From Malacoraja senta (lineage: Eukaryota): a DNA stretch of 64,000 nt. The first letter of the stretch is position 1, and each line of letters starts with the position of its first letter. The stretch lies in the NCBI GenBank assembly GCA_038087875.1, contig CM075989.1, positions 19,966,001 to 20,030,000 of the forward strand, given 5' to 3'. Both the position numbers and the translations under genes were made by a program. The notes under the pieces are model-generated. The model saw only the letters and a list, made by a program, of their open reading frames with translations, was not told the origin of the DNA and made no database searches. Positions 39,735 to 52,318 of the stretch are shown piece by piece.

Positions 39735-41335
39735 GTAAGTCTCCGGAGCCTTAACACCCTGCTCTTTCGCTACAATAACGCAGGAAGTAATTAGTCAGGT
39801 AATGCACTGCAAATCATATTTTATCACCACTTGCATACATTAAGGTTTGAATTTTAAAGATACCTAAATCATCATCATCATCCTGTGCATACTTATAGAT
39901 TTGAGAATAAATACAATCCCACCGACTGCCGCAATGGATAGAGACAGTGCTGGAGTAACTCAACGGGTCAGGCAGCATCTCTGGAGAAAGGGAATAGGTG
40001 ACGTTTCGCATTGGAACCCTTCTTCAGACCGAAAGATAGAGAAGGCCAGAACAAACCAGGGCCGGCAACAGATGACCTCAGGAAGGGTGGAGTCCATAAT
40101 GGCCCATTGTTGGCTGGGGAAGATGTTCTAACAAGAGGGATACAAGGATGTGGAACTAGTAGGATGACTAGGGGGGGGGGGGGGGAAGGAGGGAAGGAGT
40201 TACTTGAAATTAGAGAAATCAACGTTCATACCGCTGGGTTGTAAGCTGCAATGGTTTTGTGCTAGTTTGGCTCGTATTTTTAAATTAACATTAATAACAG
40301 GAATTGGTCTAAGAATGAGGAAGTCATGATGCAGCTCTGTAAGACTTTGGTTCGGTCGCATTTGGAGTATTGTGTGCAGTTCTGGTCTCTTCATTATAAC
40401 AAGGATGTGGAGGCTTTGTATAGGGTGCGGAAGAGGTTTACCGGAATGCTGCCTGTATTAGCGGGTGTTAGCCGAAAGGAGAGTTCAACAAACTAGGATT
40501 GTTTCATCACGAATGCCGGAGGTTTCATTTAGTTTCATTTATTGTCACGTGTACCGAGGGACAGTCAAAAACTTTTCGTTGCGTGCTATCCAGTCAGCGG
40601 AAAGGCAACAATTGGCTAGGATTACAATCAAGCCGTCCAGTGTACAGATACAGGATAATGGGAATAATGATTAAAGTTAGTCCGAGTATCTCCAATGGGG
40701 TCGATGGGAGCTCAGGACTGCTCTCCAGTTGTTGAGAGGATGGTTCAGTTGCCTGACGACAGCTGGGAAGAAACTGCCCCTGAATTGAGAGAAGATGTGA
40801 TAAAAGTTTATAAAAATATGAGAGGCGTAGAAAATCACACCAGGGTGGAGAGGCATAGCTTTAAGGTGAGATGGGCAAAGTTTAAATATGTGAGAGATAT
40901 GAGGTTTTTTACCCAGAGGGTGTTGGGTGCTGGAACACACTGTCAGAGGTGATGGTGGAGCCAGATACGGTCGTTGCATTTAAGAGGCTTTTAGATAGGT
41001 ACATGGATGGGCTGGGAATTGGAGGGATGTGGATCATGTGTAGGTGGAGGAGATTAGTATATCGGCATCATGTTCAGCACAGATATTGTGGGCTGAACTA
41101 TGTGGGCTATGTTCCATGTAAATACATTTAACAGTCCATTTAGAAAATTATTAAAGAAAAATATTTACACACTGCCAATATTTTACAGAACGCTTTCTGG
41201 TATTGAGGCAACACGTTAAGATTTTGATACTTGCCACAAAGGAATAGGAACGTGCTTACACATTTATTAAAAGTATCGGACAAAGTTCAGAATCAACATT
41301 TTGGATACTTATTTTGAAACTTTTTTTGCCCGTAG

Positions 41336-41466
41336 GAAATGCTCGGAATTCCCTGATCCATGTCACTGTGTGGCTGATTATAATCGTAACCACGGTGATG
41401 TGCATCATACCAGTGGTGGTGTTCAGGTTCCTGAAATTGGATTTGAAACCAAGCTTAAGTGACAAG
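41336..41466 (+). CDS. ATP8B4: ATP8B4-like exon 13 (TM10)
   Basis: cgtag acceptor; (G)NARNSLIHVTVWLIIIVTTVMCIIPVVVFRFLKLDLKPSLSDK; GTATCA donor. Confidence 0.93.
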
Positions 41467-43696
41467 GTATCACTCAGTTCTTTACTCTGGCTGGCTTTTT
41501 ATCAGTGTCTGGAAAAAGACAGGCGCTGGCTTGTTCACTGCAACTTACTCTAACTGACCTTATTTCCAACCTTGCCTGAATAGCATGAATATGGGCATGG
41601 ATCTAGTTCAGCGGGTGAGGCAGCAACTCTGGAGAGAAGGACTGGGCGACCTTTCATGTCGACCCGAAACGTCGCCCATTCATTCTCTCAAGAGATGCTG
41701 CCTCACCAGCTGAGTTACTCCAGCATTTTGTGTCTGCCTTTGATTTAAACCAGCATCTTGCAGTTCTTTCTTACACATGGATCTAGTTTAGTTTAGATAC
41801 AGCGCGGAAACAGGGCCGTCGGCCCACCGAGTCCGCACCGACCTACGATCCCCTCAGACTAACATTATCCTACACACACCAGAGACAATTTACATTTGTA
41901 CCAAGCCAATTAACAGTGGTAACGTACAAACTCTGTACAGACAGCACCCGTAGTCAGGATCGAACCCGGGTTTCTGGCGCTGTAAGGCAGCAACTCTACC
42001 ACTGCGCCACCGTGCCGCCCCATTAGGAGAGCAGGTACATAGTTCGGGGCAACACAGCGCAGGAAGTAATTAGTCTGACAAGGCATTGTAAATCAGATTT
42101 TATCACCACTTGCATACATTAAGGTAGGAATCTTAAATCATTATCCTGTGAGTTACAGCGCCAGAGATCCGGGTTCGATCCTGTCTACGGGTGCTGTCTG
42201 TACGGAGTTTGCATGTTCTCCCTGTGACTACATGGGTTTTCTACTGGTGATCCGGTTTCCTCCCATTCTCCCAATTAATTGGCTTTAGTTAAAAGTAGTG
42301 CTAGTGTACGGGGATGGCAGATCAGCACAGACTAGGTGGGCCAAAGGGTCAGTTTCCACGCTGTATCTCTAAATTCCAAAGTTCTCTGAAAGTAGTGTCA
42401 CTGGTCGAGAAGGCTTATGGCACATTGTCCTTCATCAGTCAGGGTATTGAGTCTAGAAGCTGGGCCGTTATGCTACAGTTGTGCAAGACATTAGTAAGTT
42501 CCTCTCCTAAGTTGAGAAGGCAGGAAAATGAGGTTGAGAGGGAAAAATAGACCAGCCATGATCGAATGGCGGAGTAGACTTGATGGGTTGAATGGCGTAA
42601 TTCTGCTCTTTTGACTAAGGTTGCACTTTTAGTAACCCTGATATCAGAAGGATGTCATTAAGCTGGAGAGAGTGCAGAGAAGATTTACAAGGATCTACTC
42701 TGCACTTTTTGTATCTTAATGACATCTATCCCGTAACAGGACGACACACCTCAGAGAAAATGGTTTCCAGACACAAGGCAGCATTTTTTAGCATAGTGGT
42801 GCAGCTGGTAGAGCTGCTGCCTCACAGCACCAGAGAACCAGGTTCAATCCTGACCTCAGGTGTGGAGTTTGCACGTTCTCCCTGTGATCTCGTAGGTTTC
42901 CTCCGGGTGCTCCGGTTTCCTCCCATGTCCTAAAGACGTGCAGGTGTGTGAGTTGATTGCCCTCTATAAATTGCCAGTGTGTAGGGAGTGGGTGAGAAAA
43001 TGGGACAACATAGAACTAGTGTGAACATGTGCTCAATGGTCGGTCATAGAATTATAGTCTGACTGCATGCAAACAGGCCCTTCGGCCCAACTTGCCCACA
43101 CTACTCACTCCCTGCTTCAACTACTTCCCCTGGCAGCTTGTTCCATACCCCCACCACCCTTTGTGTGAAAAAGTTACCCCTCAGATTCCTATTGAATCTT
43201 TCTCCCCCTCACCTTAAACCTATGTCCTCTGGTTCTCGATTCCACTACTCTTGGCAAGATGCTCTGTGTGCCTACCCGATCTATTCCTCTCATGATTTTG
43301 TACACCTCTACAAGATCATCCCTCATCCTCCTGAGCTCCAAGGAATAGAGTCCCCGCCTGCTCAACTTCTCCCTGTAGCTCCAGACCTCTGTGCATCTAC
43401 CCGATTTATTCCCCTCAAGATATTGTACACCTCCATAAGGTCAGGTGTCGTAGGTAGACAAAGGTGCTGGAGAAACTCAGCGGGTGCGGCAGCATCTATG
43501 GAGCGAAGGAAATGGCCAAAGATGTTGCTGCACCCGCTGAGTTTCTCCAGCACTTTTGTCTACCTTCGATTTTCCAGCATCTGCAGTTCCTTCTTGAACA
43601 GATCAGGTGTCGTTGTGGACCCGGTGGGCCGAAGGGGCCGGTTTCCACGCTGTGTCTTTCAATGACTCTAATCGTGGTGCCATGCATCATTTGCAG

Positions 43697-43975
43697 GTGC
43701 GGTACATGCAACGCGCAAGGAAGAAACTGCGGCCGACGCAGCACCGTATGCGGCGGGTGAACCGCACCAGTTCGCGGAGGTCGGGCTACGCCTTCGCCCA
43801 CCAGGAAGGCTTTGGCGAGCTGATCACTTCAGGCCGCAACATGCGCTTCAGTAACCCGTCGCCGGCCGTGACCGGCAAGTTCATGCTGGGCAGCACCAGC
43901 TGGATAGAGAACCTGCGGAAGAAAACCACGGAAGCCGTCAGCATCAACAGCAGTGAGAAAAATGTAAAATTGTAG
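43697..43975 (+). CDS. ATP8B4: ATP8B4-like terminal coding exon (C-terminal regulatory tail)
   Basis: ttgcag acceptor; VRYMQRARKKLRPTQHRMRRVNRTSSRRSGYAFAHQEGFGELITSGRNMRFSNPSPAVTGKFMLGSTSWIENLRKKTTEAVSINSSEKNVKL-TAG; the STSWIENL-KKTT...VKL ending resembles ATP8B4 rather than ATP8B2 (recalled). Confidence 0.92.
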   Translation: MRYMQRARKKLRPTQHRMRRVNRTSSRRSGYAFAHQEGFGELITSGRNMRFSNPSPAVTGKFMLGSTSWIENLRKKTTEAVSINSSEKNVKL

Positions 43976-46900
43976 GGCCACAGCTCTGCAGCGGAAAGGG
44001 TTCTTCTAACCTCACTTTAAACCTGCCCATGGTGTACACCACGCTGCACATCGATAGAGCTTGGACACATCACCTGGTGAAAAGGCACAAAATAGTGAAC
44101 TCTCCTTTCGTGGAGCCGTGGCATATTGATTTTATAAAGCTGGCCGCTGATTATAGTTACAAAGTGGACTATCTCCTCTCAGGCATGATGGTTAACAATT
44201 GTTCAATGGTTAGAATATCTTCTGCTGTGAACTTGGGGATGAACATATGTCCAGTTGAAGCACTTGTTCATATAACCGTTGACATCCCCATTACGGCACA
44301 AGCTTGTGTTTCTACGCTGTAAATATTTTTTTTACCTTTTTGAACAACAAAACATTTTTTTTATAAATCAAAAACAAACAATGGTTGCAATGATTCATGC
44401 TGCTCAACCTAAATAGACGTTTGCAAGCAAGATCACAGAGCTTTTGAAAATGGAGGATTTACTTTGCAACTTGAATGTAATATAAATCTTTTTTTTTCCA
44501 CTTCAGGGCCCCAATTTATATTGTATTCTGTCTAAGAATGTTACTCTGTGAACCTGTAGCTGTGCCCTCATTTGAGGAATTAGTGCCTTTTCAAGGTTTC
44601 CTTTCACGAGGAGACAATTGATTTATATTTGAATGTATATATTTTTGAAAACCATACTCTGCAATTACAAACACCTACTGCTTTCGACGGTTCGGCAAAC
44701 AGTCACATTTTCACGATCTTTCTTCGGTGAAATACAATGGTAACTCATGCAAATTGCTGGAGTATATCTGCAATACGTTTTCTCCAAGCAAGTGCTCGAT
44801 TCAGTTATTCCGTAGATTAGGACCACATATTTTCCGAAATGGAAAAATCAAAGCGGGAATGTCTGTTTTAAGACTTTTGGACTCATTTATCTGCTTGCTG
44901 TTTTTCTTCCCTCGTTCAAATGCATCGTTACTCCGATGCTGCTTTTAATTTCCAGTTATGTTTTTTATTTCCCATTTCCATCCTCGAGAGGGTTTTGCTT
45001 TTCAGTCAATTACTCAAGAAAAGGGAAAACACACTCCCTTGACATCAGTCTGAAGAAGGGACCTGACCCGAAACGTCACCCATTCCTTCTCTCTAGAGAT
45101 GCTGCCTGTCCCGCTGAGTTACTCCAGCTTTTTCTTTCTATACTCGAGAAAAGGATTGACTTTGTGTTGAAAACAAACTGTTTCTCTCTTTTTTTTATTG
45201 GGAATTTGCTGTGTGGCAAATTTGGGAGGCAAAATGTCCTCAGGATCTTGAGATGCGTAGCACCACGTGATTGGGGTCTTGACATAAAACCAACGCATTG
45301 AAGTTATCGCATTACTCATTTTAAGCACTATTGCAATCTCCTGTACACTCTCCCAATTCCTGATCACTGGGAAAAGAAGGACAAACCTGTGGTTCCATTC
45401 ATGCTCCTGTTTCCAATATACTTCTCCGCTTACAGTATCATATGCACATGAATGTTTTAGTAACATTTGGACGGGAACATGGATCGGACAGGTTTAGAGG
45501 GATATGGGCCAAACACAGGCAGGCGGGACTAGTGTAGATGGGGCGTGTGGGCAAGTTGGGCCGAAGGGCCTGTTTCCACGCTGTATCACTCTACGACTCT
45601 ATGAGCTGACTGTCACTTTGTCATATCATTGTTTTCACTCTTTATCCTCCAGAGCCTTACGAATTCTCATTCACAACATCTCAAACAATTGAGGAAGGTT
45701 TAGTGCTGAGGCCTTGCCTGTTGTAAATCAACCTCTGACTCCTACGGGACAAAAATGCTATAAGAATTGAAGAGACAAAACGGGTCCATGCGACATGCTA
45801 TTCAATTCAACACAACAGCCTTAAATCAATCATTTCCTATTATCTCTATAACTGACCAACTGAATTCAATCCATTACTCGTGACTAAACTGCCACGTCTA
45901 TATGCAAATTTATATACTCTGTGCTTACTGGTAGAAATTATATATTGTAATCCTTCGTTTTATTAGTTCAGGTCTCACAAAAATAATTTCTAGTAGATTA
46001 CAAAATATCAGTATCATCTTGAATTGTAGAAGGGTTTCAAACCTTGTTATTTTTAATCTAAGATATTTATTTAAGTAAAACAAACCCTTTCAGGACTCAT
46101 GGCACAGCCTGTCAAACTTCTCTGGGGTAAACTTGTTCAAAATGTAGTTTTTATCAGATGATCTGCTAACTACTTTGGAAAGAGAATTATAATCCTTCCC
46201 TGTTCAGGTAGTTTTCGTTAAGCAAAATATTATTGCAGCAGTCTAGTGAAGAAGTTAATGCTGAAGGAACTCATCTGTTCAGGCAGCATCTATGTAGGAA
46301 TGGACAGACGACGTTTCAGCTTGGGACTTCTGGCTGAAGATGGGTCCCGACCCCAAACTTGGTCAGTCCATTTCCTCCACAGATGCTGCCTAACTTACTG
46401 GGTCTCGACCCGAAACGTCACCCATTCCTTCTCTCCAGAGATGCAGCCTGTCCCGCTGAGTTGCTCCAGCATTATGTGTCTATCTTCGGTATAAACCAGC
46501 ATCTGCAGTTCCTTCCTAAACAGAGTTCCTTCAGTAGTTTTTTTTCTTCTCGATATTCCATCATCTGCAGCCTCCATTTCGTGAAGAATTTAGATTGACG
46601 TGGGTCTAAAAATACCGCTGTGCACTAAAGATTCCAAGTGCCGTATGATCTGCCATTTCTGTGCTAAGCAAGTGCAGCAAATCCTCATCGGTCACAGTTG
46701 ATTTCATCAGCTTCTTTCATGAAGTTAATTTGCTTCTTATCTTCGGCCTTATATGATACTTATAACTTGTTTTCTATTCTTAAAATTATATATTTTGAAT
46801 ACTATTTTCTTGTAAGTTCAGTGTTTGATGCTTTGAAGTGCTTTTGTACTTTCCTGTTTCAGAGTCTCTTGATGGCTTGGTTTGTTATTGAGCAGGTTTT

Positions 46901-47290
46901 TTCCCATTTCGCTTTACATTCCCACTTCAGTTCACATTCCGTCTGAAACTCCTCTTCCAGTAACTGATGCCCACTACGATTGTCCGACAGGTGGTCCACC
47001 AGACAAGAGAAAACTTTATTTCTTTGAAGATCCTTGCAATAAAGAATCAATTTGAAAGAATAAACGGAACTTCCAGAACAGAATTGAATCTCATTCAGTC
47101 AGGGCAGCGCAGTGGCACAGCAGTAGAGCTGCCGCCTCATAGCGCCAGAGACCCGGGTTCAATCCTGACTATGGGTGCTGTCTGCAGGGTTTGTACTTTC
47201 TCCCTGTGACCATGTGTGTTTTCTCCAGGTTCTCTGTGTTCCACCCACACTACAAAGACTTATAAGTTTGTACGTTAATTGGCTTCATAA

Positions 47291-47762
47291 GGAACAGCAC
47301 CTCATATTCCATTTGAGTAGCTTTCAATCCAAAGGTATGAACAATTAATTTTCCAATCTTAGGCAAACAAATCCCTATTTTCCCTCTCTTCCCTGTGCCC
47401 ATTTGTCCCTTTCCACTTACCCCATCCTCACCCACCTACATTCCTTCCTCTGGCTTCACATTTCACGCCTCTTCCATCCTTATTGCCTTATCTCACACTC
47501 TTTGCCTTTTCATCTCAAGCCTTTGTCCTACCATCTGCCAATTAAAGTTCCCTTTCACCTGCATCCACCTATCACTCCCCAGGCTTTGCTCCACCCCCAA
47601 TCTCTCTCCCAGCTTTCTCTCCCCTGCTCCAATCAGTCTGAAGAAGGCTCTCGACCAAAAACGTCACCTATCCATGTTCTCCAGAGATGCTACTTGACCT
47701 GCTGAGTTACTCTAGCGCTCTGTGTCTTTCTGGTAAACCGATATCTGCAGTTCCTTGTGTCT
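47291..47762 (+). mobile_element. Penelope-like 3' fragment within putative 3' UTR
   Basis: Degenerate EQHLIFHLSSFQSKGMN, pyrimidine-rich UTR, then CTGAAGAAGG..AAACGTCACC terminal motif. Confidence 0.7.
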
Positions 47763-49005
47763 AAACAATCTAATGACTTTATCATACTACGTTGGAATAT
47801 GCAACAGAAAACAAAAGCGAGCTTTGATCTTCATATTGTTCCTGTGAGATAACTGGCCCTCGTAACAATGGGTGGAAATTTGCCAAACAATTATATGCCA
47901 CATGATCTCAGTAGTATTAATGGGAAACGAGTTATTATAATTTGTTAAAGATTGAGAAATTATGTTCCCGAGGACACTAAAATAACTCCTTGCTTTTCAA
48001 GGGTTAGTTATAGTGCAATTGTTTTTGGATGTATTCCTACAAAGACAGATGAGAGTCTACATCACTGCCTGATGTGAAAAAGATTGCAGCATTCGCTCAG
48101 TTCTGCAATTAAAACAGTACAAATAATGCACTAAAATCTCTACAGTGAATTTGAACCCTGGATCTTCTGGCTCAAGTCTTTTGCCACTAAATTAAAGACG
48201 ATACTAATTAATTTCTAATTGTTTTACTGTGTATCCCACATGTTTGGATACTGTCAGTTATATCACAATATCCTGCATGCAGTTTAGGCTGCAGTTTCAA
48301 ATTCACTTACAAAAGTATAAGGTATTTCACATTCATGTCTACAGCTAAATATTAACGAGGACATGAAATGAACAGTCCTTTTAGCACTAATCTGTCAAGG
48401 AAGCCTTTTCCCTCTTTGACAGCTTGGGATTCAATGTTAAGCCAATCTCACATATATTCTCTTCCGAACTGCACAGTAATCAGCACTGATTTCCGCATAA
48501 ATATTTATTGTTATCTCTCGATAAGCACAAAATATTGTATTTTATTATACATATATGGAGATAATTCATAAGTTCTGCTGTCAATGTATCGGTCAAAATT
48601 GTCACTCAATAAAGCATGAAAATATATACATTTTAATTTATAAAAATATTTTAAATGTCATTACTTGCTTTTGCCTTTCCTCTTGTGACATATACATGAG
48701 AAATATATATACAATGTCAGAAATGTAGATAATTAAGAAGTTTGACTTCTATGGATATCCATATTTCCACAAAGGTATTAGATCCTGTGTAAGCAAATGG
48801 TTAAATTCCCTTGCTATGCAATAATTACGCTTACATATTATCAGGATGCATATCTGAAATACCAAAGAGATTTAACTCTTTATTTGGAAAACTAGTGTTT
48901 ATGTGTCATGTATTCTATTGTGTATGTTTATTTATAGGCACAAATATGAAGCATCACTGTTTCAGAAAACATTTTCTTTTCTTGCCACTGATGTCTTCTG
49001 CTGTA

Positions 49006-49011
49006 AATAAA
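49006..49011 (+). promoter_or_regulatory. Candidate distal polyadenylation signal of the flippase gene (another AATAAA at 48608-48613)
   Basis: AATAAA at the end of an AT-rich, repeat-poor stretch, followed by GT/T-rich sequence (~49050-49105). Confidence 0.35.
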
Positions 49012-49344
49012 TTTGATTATTTAAAATTAAGTGTGCAAAAGATGTACATTTTGGTCGGGTAAAAATGGTTATGTGTGATTTGGGTAGCAATTTTTTTTTT
49101 TTTAATTTTGCATTAGTTTTGTTTATTGTCACGTGTACTGAGGTACAGTACAAATATTTTGTTGCGTGCTATCCAGTCAGTGGAAAGACAATACATGATT
49201 TCAATCGAGCCATTTACAGTGTATAGATACATGATAACGAAATAACTTTTAGTGCAAGGTAAAGCCAGCAAAGTCCGATCAAGGATAGTCCGAGGTATTT
49301 TATTTGAAGTCCCATCATGGTTGCCCCAACCTTTGCTCTCTCAA

Positions 49345-49900
49345 GAGTCAATGTGTTTAATTGTCATATGTATCAACATCAGAACTATGAAATTCTTATG
49401 TATAGCAGCTTACAGGCCTGTAAACACAATCCACATGTATAATGTACAATAAACAAAAGTTCGATAAATTAATATCCCTAATACTAGTGAAAAAAAAACC
49501 AAAGCCCTTCTTAGTGCAACTAAAGTCAGTCCATAGTTCATAGTTGCGGTTAGTCTTCTGTAGCGTTCAAGAGCCTGATGGCTGTTGGAAAGAAGTTGTT
49601 CCTGAACCTGATGGTCATGTTTTTCAGACTCTTGTCCCTTCTGATGGTAGTAGCAAAATGAGAACATGGCCAGGGTGGTGTGGATCTCTGATGATATTGG
49701 CTGACATTTTGAAGCAGTGGCTCCTGTAGATCCCTTCGATGGTGGGGAGGTCGGTACCCTTCAGTTCGAAGGGATCTACAGGACCGGGCAGTGTCCGCCA
49801 CCGTTTGTAATCTCCTTCATAGCTGGGCGTTCGAGTTGTCGAACCAGGCTCTGAAGCAACCAGTCAATATGTTCTCTACTGTACATCTGTAGAGGTTCAG
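49345..49900 (-). mobile_element. Rex1/Babar-like LINE 3' fragment
   Basis: RRDKSLKNMTIRFRNNFFPTAIRLLN ORF end and 3' UTR. Confidence 0.7.
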
Positions 49901-51354
49901 GAGTATTTATCTTGAGATGTCATCTGACCTGATTCAATAAGAAAATAGCAATTTTGATAAACATGTAGAAACGTGCAGGTCTGAATGAAATAGAAGATGC
50001 AGACAAATGGATAGTGTGTATACCTCTTTATGACAACTAGCATAGGAATGAAAAGCAAGATAGAATTTACATCACACAATAGGCTATGATTTAATTTTTA
50101 GTTTGAGATACAGCGCAGAAACAGAACATTCGGCCCTCCAAGTCCGCGCCCGCCAGCGATCCCTGTACACCTGCACCATCCTACACATGAGGGACAATTT
50201 ACAATCCTTACCAAAGCCAATTAACCTATAAACCTGAATGTCTTTGGAATGTGGGAGGAAACCAGAACTACAGGAGAAAACCCACGTGGTCACGGGGAGA
50301 ACGTACAAACCCTGTACAGATAGCACCGGTAGTCTCTACTGCTATATCACCCTAATCACTCTATATCTGATTAATCTTGATGCATCTCCATGGTCACTTG
50401 AACTCACTGATACACCAGCATTTAATGTGCTGTGTGACAGAGACAAGTCAAAGCACATACTTTTCATACCTCTTTACCTTTATGCAAAATAAAGTTTCAT
50501 TGCTCTTTATTTGCCATTTGGAATTACACACCAAAATCACTGGTAGAAGTACGGAAAAGAAAATCCAGCTATTTGGCATATCCAATATGATTCTATCATC
50601 CACGTGTTATTTGAATATCTCCGGCACAGATTTCAATATCTCCTGCGTGTTTACCTACTGGTTAAAAAGTAACAAAACACGTTTGCATATCGAAGTGAAA
50701 TAATCCCTCATTAAGTTTTCTCTATTTGAGGAATGACATTATTGCTATTGAGGGAGTGCAGCGTAGGCTCACCAGGTTAATTCCCAGGATGGCCGGACTG
50801 ACATATGATGAACGAATGGGTCGACTGGGTTTGTATTAGCTGGAATTTAGAAGGATGAAAGGGGATCTCTGTCAGAGAAGGCAGTGGAGGCCAATTCACT
50901 GGATGTTTTCAAGAGTTAGATTTAGCTCTTAGGGCTAAGGGAATCAAGGGATCTGGGGAAAAAGCCAGAATGGGGTACTGATTTTGGATGACCAGCCTTG
51001 ATCAAAGTGAATGGCGGTGCTGGCTCGAAGGGCCGAATGGTCTACTCCTGCACCTATTTTCTATGTATTGTCTTTCCGTTGACTGGTTAGCACGACAAAA
51101 GCTATTCACTGTACCTTGGTACACGTGACAAGAAACTAAACTGAAGAGGTGAGTGTAATGCAGTGACATAATCCCACATCTGATGCAGTTTGAGGGTGGG
51201 GGGGTATGTGAGTACAGACCTGCATTGAGGTGGGTTGGGGGCAGATTAATGCAGACAATTATCTGTGGATCTGATTCCAGATCTGAAGCAGCTTGGTTAG
51301 GTGTACACCCTACCCCTGTCTTTAATGAGGTGGGGGCTGTGTTTAATCCCTCCC

Positions 51355-52318
51355 TCCCTTCTTCTCCCCTGCTCCTCTCCCTTACACCCCCCCCCCCAAT
51401 CCCCTCCTCACCACCCTCTCTTCACTCTCACCTCCTCTCCCTCACCACCTCCTCTTCCCCTTCCACTACTCTTCCTCCCCTCCCCTTCTCATCCTCCTCT
51501 CCCCTCCTTTCTTCTTCACCTCCACCTCTTCCCCTCCCTTTCACTCCCCTCTTTATCTCCTCCTCTCCTCCTCTTTTCTCTCCCATTCCCTCCCCCCCCA
51601 CTTTCTTTCTTTCTCTCTCCCTCCCTCCCCACTTTCTCTATCCACTCCCTCCCTCCCCACTTTCTCTCTCTCTCTCTCTCCACTTTCTCTATCCACTCCC
51701 TCCCTCCCCACTTTCTCTATCCACTCCCTCCCTCCCCACTTTCTCTATCCACTCCCTCCCTCCCCACTTTCTCTATCCACTCCCTCCCTCCCCACTTTCT
51801 CTCTCTCTCTCTCCACTTTCTCTTCCCCCCTCCCTCCCTCCCCACTTTCTTTCTTTCTCTCTCTCCCTCTCTCTCCACTTTCTCTCTCTCCCTCTCTCTC
51901 CCTCCCTCTCCACTTTCTCTCCCATTCCCTCCCTCTCCACTTTCTACCTCCCTCCCCACTCTCTCTCTCTCCCTCCCTCTCTCCACTTTCTCCTTCCCTC
52001 TCCACTCTATCTATCCCTCCCTCCCCACTTTCTTTCTTTCTCTCTATCTCTCTCCACTTTCTCTCCCTCCCTCTCCACTTTCTTTCTATCTCTCTCCACT
52101 TTCTCTCCCTCCCTCTCTACTCTCTCTATCCCTCCCTCCTTCTCTCCCCACTCTATCCCTCCCTCCCTCCCCACCCACTTTCTTTCTTTCTTTCTTTCTA
52201 TCTCTCCCCACTCTATCCCTCCCTCCCTCCCTCCCCACTTTCTTTCTTTCTTTCTATTTCTCTCCCTCCCTCTCCACTTTCTCTCCTTCTCTCCCCACTC
52301 TATCCCTCCCTCCCCCCG
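51355..52318. repeat. ~960-bp polypyrimidine/polypurine tract with degenerate ~28-bp tandem units
   Basis: + strand essentially lacks G; repeated CCACTTTCTCTATCCACTCCCTCCCTCC units. Confidence 0.9.

Noticed and set aside
39779..39888. Minus-strand C/D snoRNA interpretation of the duplicated intronic segment
   Set aside because: Antisense to the host, D box misplaced and boxes not conserved in the second copy.
46859..47050. Minus-strand 63-aa ORF as a possible last exon of a convergent gene such as DTWD1
   Set aside because: No resemblance to the DTWD1 C-terminus as I recall it, and no partner exons found.
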